64,000 nucleotides of DNA from Chlorokybus atmophyticus (lineage: Eukaryota; Plantae; Mesostigma and Chlorokybus algae): positions 381,104 through 445,103 of the forward strand of contig RHPI01002823.1 in the NCBI GenBank assembly GCA_009103225.1, given 5' to 3'. This document shows, one piece after another, positions 1 to 11,900 of the stretch. How positions within the stretch are numbered: position 1 is the stretch's first letter; each line of letters opens with the position of its first letter. Position numbers and translations under genes: made by a program. Below the pieces are notes generated by a model. It saw only the letters and a program-made list of their open reading frames with translations. It was not told the DNA's origin and made no database searches.

Positions 1-88
1 AACTTGAGCTGAGCATGATAGCCATGCACACGCACGGACAAGCGCATGACTCCTCGCATAGGAATTTTGTGCTTGTTCAAGGCCACAA

Positions 89-540
89 CTATGTCATCAC
101 ACTGGTGACACGAATGCTTAAGCACCACACTAGAGACTCACTCACAAAGTTCTTCGGCGTGCCCGTGTCTATCATCAAGATGCACGATGCATGCGCAACT
201 AATGCCTTTAACAGCCAAGTCAAGTCTAAGGAACTTCTTGGATCGATGGTAGGAGGGTCATACAACACATGTGCACACCCCTTTTTCAGCTTAACTTCAC
301 CCAAGACTTGCATACCTTTGGTGAGGCGAACCCATGGGCCAGGATGCTTGGGTACAATAACGCACGCACTCGTGTTGTGCGCGCTCTGGCTCTTGCATGC
401 GACATAGTGCTTGAGAGTGTTGTACAACTTGTCAACGGGCACATTAAGCAAAACACATATGCCCGCACGTTCGTGCTGTAGAAATCGAGTCCACATGTAT
501 ATTTATCTCATTCTTCCACAAAGCAACATTGCATGGTTGG
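89..540 (-). pseudogene. Dam-like N6-adenine MTase-like domain followed by aspartic protease (Gypsy pol N-terminus), frameshifted
   Basis: ORF 89..496 reads FLQHERAGICVLLNVPVDKLYNTLKHYVACKSQSAHNTSACVIVPKHPGPWVRL, which aligns by eye to the DIRS MT domain at 20.9-21.1 kb, then IDTGT (D-T/S-G motif). Confidence 0.65.
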
Positions 541-1299
541 GGAAGGCGTGACAACAAGTCACTATAAGCACACTGCTTATCATTGTCCAACGAGCAACTA
601 GCTAAAGGCAATCCCTGTTGCATGCATGGCTTCTTGCTCTCTTCATGCCCCTCGTACATGAGAACATGGCCCCGAGCGGCATCCGCTTCAGCGTCACAGA
701 GCTGAGCTTCACAGTTGCGCTTTCGAATTCGATGACCGTGTCGAGCATCACTAGACGCTTCAACATGTCTTTCATGAGGGACTTGATCAGCTCTCGACAA
801 CTGCAAGCGAGAAATTTCGGCCTCGTGTTGTTGTGGCAACCCTGTTACTTGTTCACACAATGTGGCAACCAAAGTGGACAAGTGTTAAGTGGTCTTGGCA
901 ACATCATTACCCCAAGATGCCTCTTCATATGCTGCTTACTGTTGCTCAGCCATCTCCACAATGAGCGAACCAACACCACACGGTGTGGTCACCGTAACAG
1001 ATGCACACGCGCGCACACGTGCGTACGCGAGCAGCAAAGTGCAGCAAAAGGCAGATGCGTGTGCACGACTATGCACCAGCAGTAAATGCACACAAGTAAT
1101 GCACAAATCAGCGTGCAAGACGGCCCACACCTAGCATGCAAGTGTGCTTGCAGCTGCAACGATCAACTAGCATGCACAATCACCACGAAAACACTGCCAT
1201 GCAGCACATGCATACCAAAAATGGAATGCATGCACCGTTCAGCAAGTGCACAGGCTGATGGACAAGCATGCAAGGCTTAGAAACAAGCTTCAAGTCCAA

Positions 1300-2163
1300 T
1301 GTAACGATGCCCCTACTTACTTGCTGGTCGGGGCTTGGCAAATGCACAAGCACTAAGGACTTACAGCGAAAGTCACACCAGCACCACGATGCACGGGAAG
1401 TTGTAGAAGCACACCAAGTGAGGAGAGGATGACTACCAACCTCTCACACAGTCCCAGCTCCAGGCACACCCACGCCCAACACACCCACATGCACACACAC
1501 AACACCACACCCCATAAGGGATGAGGGGGAGAGCCCCTCTCACAGCTTCAACCAGGCACCCCACACACAAGTGGCCCTCAAGTGGTGAACACACTCCAAT
1601 CCCTATTTAAGGTTGCTACTGAGCTTATATACCACTTTCCGCTCTCCCGACCTGGCACACAACATTTCCAAAGTCCAAGGTCTTGTCATTGTGTGCTGGC
1701 CTAGCAGCACAAGCTGACTATATTTAACATAGGATTTGTCCCATCATAGGGCATCAACCTCGGGATTATTAAACCTCGAGATTGTCAAACACAGGACAAG
1801 TCAACCTCGGATTGATGAACTGCCACAATCCGTCATATGTGTGTCCACAACACATCATCTTGGTAAACCGCAGGATTGACTTGCGATTTGCCACTTGCAG
1901 CACGTATGCTGTCCCAGTGTCACAGCACTGGCACTCCACAAGTCATGCAGAGCCTATGGCATCGATCAGCCTTGTGCTTGCTGACATACAGTGCCTTGTG
2001 TAGTTCATTACACCCATGGCCATATAAGCTCAAAAGTAGACCTACATGAGAGCGCACCCCACAAGCACTACACATGCTTATGGAATGGAAAACCCACTTA
2101 GTCTCTTCTTACTACATAAGTAAGGGACAGAGAATGACTTTTGCCAGCCTTATAGGCGTGACA
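1300..2163 (-). repeat. 5' LTR (864 bp, TG...CA) of chromovirus-type family
   Basis: Starts TGTAACG at 1300 and ends GCGTGACA at 2163. Both ends are similar to 5363-6366 (shared 3' block taagtaagggacagagaatgacttttgcc). Confidence 0.85.
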
Positions 2164-2387
2164 TCATAGCAATTATCCGCAATTGCTCTTTGCTTGCAGC
2201 ATGCTGACATTGTCTGCACCACAATTTCGGTGTCCGCGACATACTGATTGGTTTTATTCTGTGCACAGGCCCAGTAATAGGCCGGTTGCAATTTTCATGG
2301 TTGTACGCCGGCTCAGCCCGTCAGCAGTGAGAAAGCGGCACAAGACATGCTACAAGAATATCGTTTTTAAGGTCAAGAAACGGTGCG

Positions 2388-2993
2388 ATGAGTGTGATGA
2401 GTACGCCTTTTAAGTGTGATAATTGTGATGAGTGTGATGATTGTGTCTATTGTTGCGTGCTGCTGTCCAGTAATGGACCGCTTTGCAATTTCTCAGATTG
2501 TGCTCATCGGCTCGTCGCATTAAAAGTGAGAGAGGGCGCCATGAAATGCTACAAGCATACCGATCGAAGGGCCAAGACGCGGTGCGATGCGTGTGGAGTA
2601 GTTGGAATGGGATCCAGCCGGGCAAAGGTGTGGGGTAATGGTGTCAATATTTGCAGCGAGTGCCTTAAGAACAGGTCAGTGAACTTCAGGCATCAAGATC
2701 TGCGCTGTTGTAAACTGTTGTTGGTGAACTTTTGTTATGTAAAAGCTGAACGGTTGTCAAACATGCACAGGCGGGCAGCAAATCGAGCTCGTCACATGAC
2801 TTGCTCAGTGGACGCATGTGACAAGGATCCCATGCTCCTAAGCAAGACAATCTGTAAAGAACATGGCTACCCGCCCAAAAAGTGCCACAATGACAATTAT
2901 GACAAGCACTGCTGGCAGGTGCCTATTGGCGACGAAAGTCTGTTGTGTTATCGTTGTCATACGCAAAAGATGGAGGTAGAGTTTTCAGGGTGA
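2388..2993 (+). CDS. Cys-rich ORF (201 aa) with repeated C-x4-C-xn-C-x2-H and CxxC motifs; origin unknown (TE- or virus-like)
   Basis: CNFSDC...KCYKH..RCDAC...ICSEC and CSVDAC...ICKEH...KC...LCYRCH. Imperfect internal duplication (~2270-2400 vs ~2470-2600). No introns seen. Confidence 0.45.
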   Translation: MSVMSTPFKCDNCDECDDCVYCCVLLSSNGPLCNFSDCAHRLVALKVREGAMKCYKHTDRRAKTRCDACGVVGMGSSRAKVWGNGVNICSECLKNRSVNFRHQDLRCCKLLLVNFCYVKAERLSNMHRRAANRARHMTCSVDACDKDPMLLSKTICKEHGYPPKKCHNDNYDKHCWQVPIGDESLLCYRCHTQKMEVEFSG

Positions 2994-4469
2994 GTGGTTT
3001 CTGTGCCAATCAATGAGTGCTTGCTACCACTTTGCAATGTGATCATATGTATAGCTGTGTCGCACTCTTGCTTCAGTGGATGTTCAAGGACGGGATTGCA
3101 GAGTAACGGACTGCAATGGCAAAATCCGGGCATGTGAGACAAATGTGCTCAGCCTAGCCTGCCGGACAAAGCGAGTTGAACCATTGTATTTAAAGTAAGC
3201 ATATTGCAATTATTATGATGGCAAGCAAAGGTGTGTGGCCAACAAGGCGCTCGACTCACTGTTCTGTCACCCCATTGCAGTGGTCGCATCTGCAAGCTCG
3301 GTAGCTGTGAGTTGCAGACGATCGACATCTTCAGCAGGCTGTATTGATATCACTTGTATCTCAAGAGAGCCTGCGCCAACCCCATGTGCAGGTTGCAGAT
3401 GCATGCGAGCACATCACATCGTGTTTGTAACTTCTGCAGGACAATGGACAAAGGGAAGGATGCCTACCGAAAGTACGTTTATACAGTACAAGTCTACTCT
3501 TTGTAGCATCACCGAACGACAATGCTCTATGCTCTACAGTCTGGTCTAACTGTCTATGCATATATCAAGGCTATTTACCCACAAACACACAGGCTTGACG
3601 TGGAGGACGCCTTGGACCGCTGGCTGGGCGGTCGCTCAGAAGAAAGGTCGGGCCTAGAGCCATGGGAGCATTCCTATTTGGTAATCATTTGAAACTGCGA
3701 ACACAAGTTGAGGCACAGAGGCTGCCTTCTTTGGCAAAAGCCGAGCATGTGCGGTTGCTTGGCTCTGTTGAGGACGTCAAGCGACAAATGCAGAAGTATC
3801 TCCTACTGGCCTATAAGTGTAGTATGCTAGACATGTCACTTGCAGCATTGAGTATCAGATGCAATGCATCTCATCTTGTGTGTAGAACGGCATGATGGGA
3901 TGGGAGAACAAGATCTTTCTGGTCTCATGATCATTACCCGTCGACCAAAGACTACGACTTGAGCGACCCACAGCAGCGGGCACAGCCCTTCACCAATAAG
4001 CGCGTCTTTCCAAAAGATTTCAGCTGCGCCAAGGGTAGCAAGCATATTCCCCCAACATATGAAGCTTATGACTACTGGATGCGCATACGTAACACCACTA
4101 GATAGCTTCGCTATCTAGCCTAAGTTTCAGTTAAAACGCGATAGATAGGCAAAAAGCTGCACACGCGTGTGGGTGGGTGGGTGGGTGCGCGTGCGTGCGT
4201 GTGCGTGTGACTGACCTGTAGCAAGGTGGTGCTCGAGGCTCTTATCTGCATGATGTTTGTCAGCTGCTCTCCCGCCAGCTGCAAGTTAAACAGCAATAGG
4301 TCCACCAGACCCATAATGACAGTCACAGGGGTCTGGGACACATTAACCAATCAGTCCCCTTCATTATCCACACACACACACGCGCGGGCGCGCACATGCA
4401 CACGCACACACCCTAATATCATGTGACAGGCACGAGAAAAAGGCATTCCTGCTATTCACCGCTTCCTCT

Positions 4470-5270
4470 GCCCTCTACTTCAGATACTTTATTAACAGCG
4501 TCTGCAGCCGGTTCTTCAGCAGTATCTCGTTGGACACTTGGATCGTGGCAATGTATGTCACCATGCATCCGATGACAACCCCGCAAATGAGATGGATAGA
4601 GCCAGAGCCGTGTTGTGAGCCGCCTTATCCAGCGGACCCAACACGCTCTTCCTAGGGATGCACAACACCACGCGCACGACAAAGCCTTGCATGGTGTCGT
4701 TGGCATAGCTAATGCTATAGAGCGAGTTGTCGGCTAGGGAGACCTCGTTGAGGTGGTGCAAGGTTGGTGTTGGTGTTGTTGGTGTGGGGTTGGATGGGAG
4801 TGGAGAAAAGGAGGTGGGTGGCAGCGCTAAGAGAGGGGACGGAGGCCTCGAGGGCGGAGACGAGAGAGAAGGATTGACCCCTGAAAGGCGGCAGAGACAT
4901 GTAGATGTGTGTGCGTGTGTGTGTGCGTGTGCGTGTGCGTGTGTCATGCATCTGTTGGTATGCGATCCCCACGCGCGCGCACGCACAACCATTAGATTCC
5001 AATTCGCGCGTACCCTGATCATGGTATGACTGTCGTGACGTTGCAGCTCGTCGCCGAGAGTAGTGTCCCGTCGCTCGTCGTCGCGTACATGAACCCGTCC
5101 AGCAGACTAAGGCTGTTCATGACCTCGAAGATGCTGTTAAGCAATATCCCCCCCTTCACCACGCCCAACAAGGTGGCATCTACGTCGTGGTCCCGCACGG
5201 CCACGGCGATGATGAGGATGGGGAGACTGAGAGAACCGCCAAAGGGAGTCCACACGGGAGTGTGCTTCAG
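4470..5270 (-). pseudogene. Remnant exons of a membrane sensor with an extracellular Cache-like domain plus TM helix
   Basis: 5019-5265: PVWTPFGGSLSLPILIIAVAVRDHDVDATLLGVVKGGILLNSIFEVMNSLSLLDGFMYATTSDGTLLSA. ~4480-4745: YSISYANDTMQGFVVRVVLCIPRKSVLGPLDKAAHNTALALSISFAG, then frameshift to VIGCMVTYIATIQVSNEILLKN. A microsatellite-rich intron lies between; one stop and one frameshift. Confidence 0.6.
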
Positions 5271-5362
5271 AGCGAGCGAGGCGCGGAGGTAAGACTGAGT
5301 AGTGTTGCCGAAGAGAGGGGTTGCAGAGAGAGGGGAGAACGTGGCAAGCGGGCGTGCATGCG

Positions 5363-6366
5363 TGTAACAATACCACTCACTTACTTGCTCGGCGGCTTGG
5401 CAAACTTATGCACAAGCACAAGGATTTAATACTGGAAGCCCTACCAGCTTCACTGGTGCAGTACCTTGCAGAGGAAGTCACAGCACCGCACCAAGGAAGG
5501 AGAGGATGACACCAACCTCTCTACTCAGCTCCCACACACTCACACACTCAAGCACACCTCACACACATGTGCAAAGCTGCCACGGACATCACACCCCACA
5601 TGGGATGAGAGGGAGAGCCCCTTGAACAACCAAACTAGGCACCCCACAGACAAGAGTCGAGTATGCACATGCTGAGTTGCCTAAACACATGTTGAGGCCG
5701 TTCATATACCCTCTCTTTGCTGCTCTCTGGTCTAGAACATCCAAGTCCAAGGCTACATGCCTTGTCATGGCTGCGTAGACCACAACTCATGTCTACAGCT
5801 GCCACATCAGCCCTTGGACGTCTTTCAACGCCCAAGGCTAATCACACATCAGCCTCGGACATTGTAAACGTTCCTAGGCTGGTCACATCAGCCTAGGACA
5901 TCACACACATCATCCTTGGACGTTGTGAATGTCCTTGGCTGGTCACATCAGCCTAAGATAGCATACTCATGCATACATATGCATCCTTATGCATACATAT
6001 GCGCGCATATGCACACATATGCGCATGCATGCATGTACATGCATACATCTAGCACATACCTCTCATGCACGCATACGCACTCATATGCATACATGTGCAC
6101 ACATATGCAAACACATGCATACACATGCGGACATATGCACGCATATGCATCTGTACATCACATGATGTCTCGTAGGCTATGATCAGCCCTGTACTTGCCA
6201 TCGTGCCTTGTGTAGTTCATCATGCTCAAGGCCGCACAGGCGCTAGAGCAGACCTACATAAGAGCACACTTACGCTTGCGTAGTATGGGTCCCCACTTGG
6301 TCTCATCTTACTTACCACATAAGTAAGGGACAGAGAATGACTTTTGCCTGCCTTGTGGGCGTGACA
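5363..6366 (-). repeat. 3' LTR (1004 bp, TG...CA) of a chromovirus
   Basis: TGTAACA at 5363 and GCGTGACA ending 6366. Adjacent polypurine tract at 6367-6377 (minus strand GTGGGGAGGAA). Confidence 0.9.
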
Positions 6367-8955
6367 TTCCTCCCCACTTGCATTGCAACGACCGCGTTGC
6401 AAACGGGTGGGACATTAGTCCCGCACAAACCGCAGGCTAGCCAGGCCTAAGTGAGTAGCAGTGCTTCACGTGAAAGTAGTGCAAATCGTGGGAGTGACAA
6501 CCAACTCTGACACTATGTACCAGTGCATGCGGTGTTGGTATGTCACATGAAGATGCTGTGGGCATGTGCACATGCTCCTATCGGCTGAGCACTAGTAGCT
6601 CTGAGCACACGCTCCTAAGTGGCATCTGTGGATTTGAGCTCATTCTCGAACTCCTCCAACAAGGCAGCACAGTTTGCCAAGTTCGTTCTGGGCTCCCAGA
6701 TGTTATGCTCTTCGCCATAACCAAGCCACTTCACCAAGTATTGGTTTCAAAAGTTCTTCTTGTACTTTCTGAACCGTTTGCCAACAATGGCCTCGCCCTC
6801 AACCTCAACTGGAGGGGGAGGGGGTTGCACTGGACCGTCACTCTTCAACTGTTTCAGCAGTACTACATGAAACACATTATGTACTCCCATGCTCTTCGGC
6901 AAATCAAGCCGAAAGGCACGGTCACCAACACTGTCGGTGATGGGGATTGGACCCAGCCATCTTGGTAGCAACTTGTGTACCCCGCTTGTTTTGAGTTGAG
7001 TGTTCTTCGAGCTCAACAACACTTGATCTCCAACTTGGAGCTCATTTTCAGGCCTACGATGCCTGTTGGCATACATCTTTTGCCTGTCTTGTGCTGCTTT
7101 CAAGCAGTCTTTTGCATGTATCAACGAGGCATGCATGCTCTCTGTGAAGTCTCTAGCCATTGGCACTTTTTTGAATGGCTCGACATTCAGAGAAAAATGG
7201 GTGTCAACACATGACGACCGTAGTTCAGATGGAAAGGAGTGCTTCTTAGCGACTCATGCCATGCATTGTTCACAGCGAACTCAGCAAGTGGCAGGTACAC
7301 ATCCCAATTATCGAACCTGGGTGACGTGTAGTGGCGTAGCACATTTTCCAACACCTGATTGACGCGCTCCATCTGTCCGTCACTTTGTGGATGGTAAGCA
7401 GTGCTTAAGCTTTGCTTAGTCCCCAAGTACTGGCACACAGCTTGCAAGAATTGGCTCACAAACTTGGGGTCACGGTCAGACACCAACTCTTTGGGTACAC
7501 CGTGTGATCTGAACACCGAGTTCACAAAGATAAACGCAAACTCTTGCGCATCAATGTCTGTACGATAGGGCTCAAATCTGATCATCGTGGTCAAGCGATC
7601 AACAAAGACAATGACAGCACTGTGTCCCGTTTTGATCACAGGTAGATCTGTGATCAGATCCATGCTCACACTCTCCCGTTCATAGTTGGGAATAGCCAAG
7701 GGCTTCAGCAACCCTGCTGCCTTCCTGTGAGAGGCCTTGTCTCTTTGACAAGTGTCACAATATGCGACATATTTAGATGCATCAGCACCCAAGCTCGGCC
7801 AGCAATACTATTTCTGCAGCTGCTTGATGGTCTTTGCCATTCCCATGTGCCCACTGTATTCGGAATTGTGTGCCTCAAACAGACACTCTTGCCTCAAGCC
7901 GAGTGCATTGGGCACTATCAACTTGCCCTCACGATACCAGAGGCCCTTGTGACAAGTGATCTTGTCGTCTGCCTGCTTCAGCAACTCAACAAACCATGTG
8001 TCAAGTGCATAAGCACTAGGCAAACGCTGTATGATGCCTTCCACATCAACGGCCATTGGGTCCTCCCCACATGGCTCGTGCACTACCAATGGTGCTTCAC
8101 TGTCTGCTCTCTCGAGCTCAGTTGGCATCTCGCTGGTTTCCGTTGCTACTGGTGTCTCATTGACAGCTTGCTCATGCACAGATGGCAACTCTAAAGTATT
8201 GGCACTAGCATCACTTGCTTGTGCGCACCCTTGGCTTCGTGCACGTGCACGTGTTGTCGCTGCCAGCAGCAATGGCGAACGGCTCAAAGGGGCAGCCACA
8301 TTCACTCTCCCCGGTCTGTAAACCCAGGTAAAGTTGAATCTAGACAAGTACTCAGCCCACCGCGCTTGTCTTCTCGACAAGGTTGGTTGGGTTTAAAAGA
8401 AAATAAGGGGGTTGTGGTCCATGATCACACTAAACCCGCCTTCCAGCCCCTGTAGATAGCAACGCCACTCTCGTAGCGCATGAACTACCCCCAACAACTC
8501 TTGCTCAATTTGTATACTTCCTCTCAGCATGAGAGAACTTCTTGCTAGCATAAGCAGGGGTGCCCACTCTAGAGCAACACATCACTAGTGCCTTCAACAA
8601 ATGCATCACAGTTTACCTCAAAGGGCTGGGTGAAGTTCGGCAGCTGCAACACATGCGCTGTCACCAAAGCCTCTTTTATGGACGCAAAGGCTTCTTGCTG
8701 CCTATGTGACCACCTTCACATGACCTTGTCACGCAACAGATTAGTGAGAGGGGCAACACGCGATGAGTAACCCAGAATGTACTTGCGGAAGTAGTTGCTC
8801 AAGCCTAAGAATGCGCGCAGCTCGTGCACATTCTTGCGTATCAACGTCCACAGAGTCGCTAGCCATTGGCAATCCCTCTTGTATACATGGCTTCTTGCTC
8901 TCTTCATGTCCCTCATACATGAGAGCATGGCCCCGAGCAGCATCAGCTTCAGTCC
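5363..8955 (-). mobile_element. Degenerate chromovirus (Ty3/Gypsy): RT thumb, RNase H, integrase, chromodomain, 3' LTR; internally deleted and 5'-truncated
   Basis: [17 protein letters not shown] (8716-8943); RWAEYLSRFNFTWVYRPG and integrase zinc-binding region (7808-8380); rve core SMDLITDLP..VSDRDPKF..STAYHPQSDGQMER (7187-7792); GPY/F region (6747-7166); chromodomain QYLVKWLGYGEEHNIWEPRTNL (~6640-6750). Confidence 0.92.
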
Positions 8956-11900
8956 CTACATACAAGTGTGCACACACTAAGGACAAGTGCAGCAAGCACG
9001 CCAACTATAGAGACAATGTGCAACCCACTGTACTAAGCAGTATACAGTGTCTTATATACTATGCTACTAAGTACTAGTCAACTCTAGTGAACACTGGTCA
9101 AAGTCAACACTAGTCAACACTGGTCAATGGTCAAAGTCAACGGTCAAAGTCAAAGTTGACTATGGTTGACCATAACTGCCGTAACTCCCGTAACTCTCGT
9201 AACTCCCATAACTATAAAGGTTAAGCTGATTGTACCAACTACATGTAGGCGCCGCCTATATATGTACTTTCAACAAGCTATAACATTTAACATGCTGCAC
9301 GAAGATTTGTTCCTCCAACTCTCCATAAAGGAAGGCAGTCTTCATATCTAGATGATGCAGCTCCAAGTCCTCCACAGCAACCTTGGCAAGTAATGCTCTA
9401 AAAGTTGTGTGCTTGCTGGCAGGTGCAAATACCTCCTTATAGTCAACTCTCTCCTGTTGAAGGAATCCCTTTGCCACAAGTCGTGCCTTGTAGCGCTCAA
9501 TGTTGCCCTTGCCGTCACGCCTGACCTTGGACACCCACTTGACAGGTATAGGCTTCACACCTTGTGGAACCTGCACAAGTGCTCAAGTCTGGTTGGCGTG
9601 AAGCGAAGCAATCTCCTCATCCATGGCCTTACGCCACAACTCTGCATCCGGAGCTGTAATGGCCTCATGGTAGGTGCTTAGCTCTTTCTCCTCAATAATA
9701 TCAGCGCTCATAGCCTGAAACCTTTGGGTGAAGTGTGGTGGCGCTCTTGTTCGTAGAGGGTAGCGCCTCTCCTGCTCCTCAACAGGTGCAATCACTTCCT
9801 CCTCGAGGTGTGGCGCATCGCCAGGGACCTTCGTATTGACAAGTGGTGCAACGACGACCTCCGGCTCATTAGTAATGTCAATGTCCATAATTAGTGAAGA
9901 TGTTGTCAATGTTGTTGCCACCATCTTCTCGTCGAAGACAATATCCCTTTTGAACCATAATCTTGCCGTCCGCATGCAAGATCCTGTACGCCTTGGAATT
10001 GAGCTCATATCCTACAAAGACGCCTGTCTCCCTCACATTTTCCAGCTTCCTCCTCAAGTGCTTAGGGATGTGCGGATATGCCTTGGCTCCAAACACACGC
10101 ATGTGCGTAAAGTCGGGCTTCTCACCATGAAACAACTCCCATGGGGTCTTGGCTTTGTTGCTCGTAGGTGACCTGTTGCGGATGTAGTTGGCCGTGACAA
10201 ATGCCTCAGCCCATAAAGCTTTCTTCAGCTTTGCATCTGTAAACATGGCACGCACACGCTCCACAAGTGTGCGGTTGAGACGCTCAGCAGCACCGTTTTG
10301 CTCGGGGGTGTAAGGTGCAGTGGTCTCATGCTTGATACCGTGCTCTTCCAGGTAGCTCTTCAAGGTGTAGTTGAGGTATTCAGCGCCCCGATTACTTCTC
10401 AACGCCAACACCTTTATCTTTGCTTGTGTAGCCGGTAGAGTGAGAGTCCTCTTGACTACAGCAGCAACATTTGGCTTTGCAGCAACAGGTACAATGGCAG
10501 ATAGCTTGCTGAAGTCATCTAAAAAAGTGGCAACGTACCAATGTCCTCCTACGGATGCAATTGGCATGGGTCCGCACACGTCCATGTATACGAGCTGCAA
10601 GGGTGCTGTACTGGTGCGGGAAGACGTGGGAAAGGGTTGCCTAGGCATCTTGCTCAACACACATGTCTCGCACAGATCACCTTTTGCTGCTTTCATGTCC
10701 TCCACTTGTATGTTGATCCCATTTACCATGCCTTCAGCCACCAATCTTGCCATGTTGTCCCACCCAAGATATCCGAATTGCCAATACCATTGAAGTGCTG
10801 TCGCTGATGCAGTGACTGCCGCAGACATCGCATGCTGCCGGTCCAATTGGATGCAATACAGATTTCTTAGCAATGTGCCCTCCATCGCAATGATGTTTTT
10901 CACCTTGACTTGACACTTCGCAGCAGTGAAGTCAACTTTGGCGCCCGCGCTTGTAGCTCTTCGGACAGAGAACAGGCTGGAGGCTAGTCCCGGCACGTAG
11001 ATTACCTCCTGCACGGCCACTTTTTGTGTAGCGCCCGCCACCTTTGTGTGTAGAATGACGATGCCCACTCCCACAGCTTGCAAGTGCAGTCTGCTGCCAA
11101 AGCTCGATTTTACAGCAGCAGCATCGCTCAGAGCATGATATTCCTGGGACTCATGTCTGTGTCGGGTCATATGCTGGGTGCACGCAGAATCCAACAACCA
11201 AGCGCTCTCAATAGCAGTAGTGCTAGCAGCAAGTGCTACAGCATGCCTATTAGACCTTGCTTCTGTTACTGATCGCGCTTCAACATTCGGCAGTCCCTCT
11301 GTAGGTGTCCCTTCTTGTCACAGTAGTGGCAGTTACGCGTCTCCTTTTTTCCACCACCATTGTTATTGTTGAAACGTGGACTAGATTGCGCTGCGAATGC
11401 CACAGCTTCAGCCTCATCCTGGCGTAAAGTGGATGCGCGTTGCTCGATCTGAAGTAGGCGTGGGGTGATGGTCTCGAGGGTGAGCTCCTCACTGGTTGAC
11501 TCCATAATGGTGACAGTCATCTCGAACTTCTTGGGTAAGCCAGCAAGGATGACCCAGACCACCTCCACCTCCTTCACATCATGTCCAATGGCAAGCAAGT
11601 CGTCCCACAGCTGCCTGGCTCGTGAGATGAACTTCATGACAGGTTCAGCAGCATCCTCTCTCAAAGCATTCAACTGCTTCCTCAACTGCAACTTCCTATC
11701 ATTGTTCTTGGCCTTGTAAACCTCAGAAAACTTCTGCCACAATTCTCTAGCAGACCTACAACGTGCAACAAGCGCTAAGGTATGATGTACCACACTCAAT
11801 CCTATCAACGCAAGTGCCTAATTGGACTTTTTCTTTGTGGGTGCGTCCTCAAAGTCGAGAGGGCGCTCCATGGGATCCACCACCGACCATAGATCTTTAT

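Larger units (their letters stand above)
1..2163 (-). mobile_element. Degenerate Ty3/Gypsy LTR retrotransposon, 5' part (5' LTR, gag remnant, MTase-like domain, protease); runs off window start
   Basis: LTR at 1300-2163 is homologous to the chromovirus LTR at 5363-6366. Minus-strand remnants read gag-like (444-881), then LxHY..CK..IVP..PW (250-500), then retropepsin-like ILMIDTGTPKNFVSESLV (~130-185). Confidence 0.85.

Noticed and set aside
1280-1299. PBS for the chromovirus 5' LTR (minus strand TTGGACTTGAAG)
   Set aside because: I could not match it to any tRNA 3' end from memory, so it is left uncalled.
9100-9215. Short regular repeats that might suggest a CRISPR-like array (also 5800-5960, 52345-52500)
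   Set aside because: No unique spacers and no cas genes. They lie inside LTRs or gag in eukaryotic DNA.
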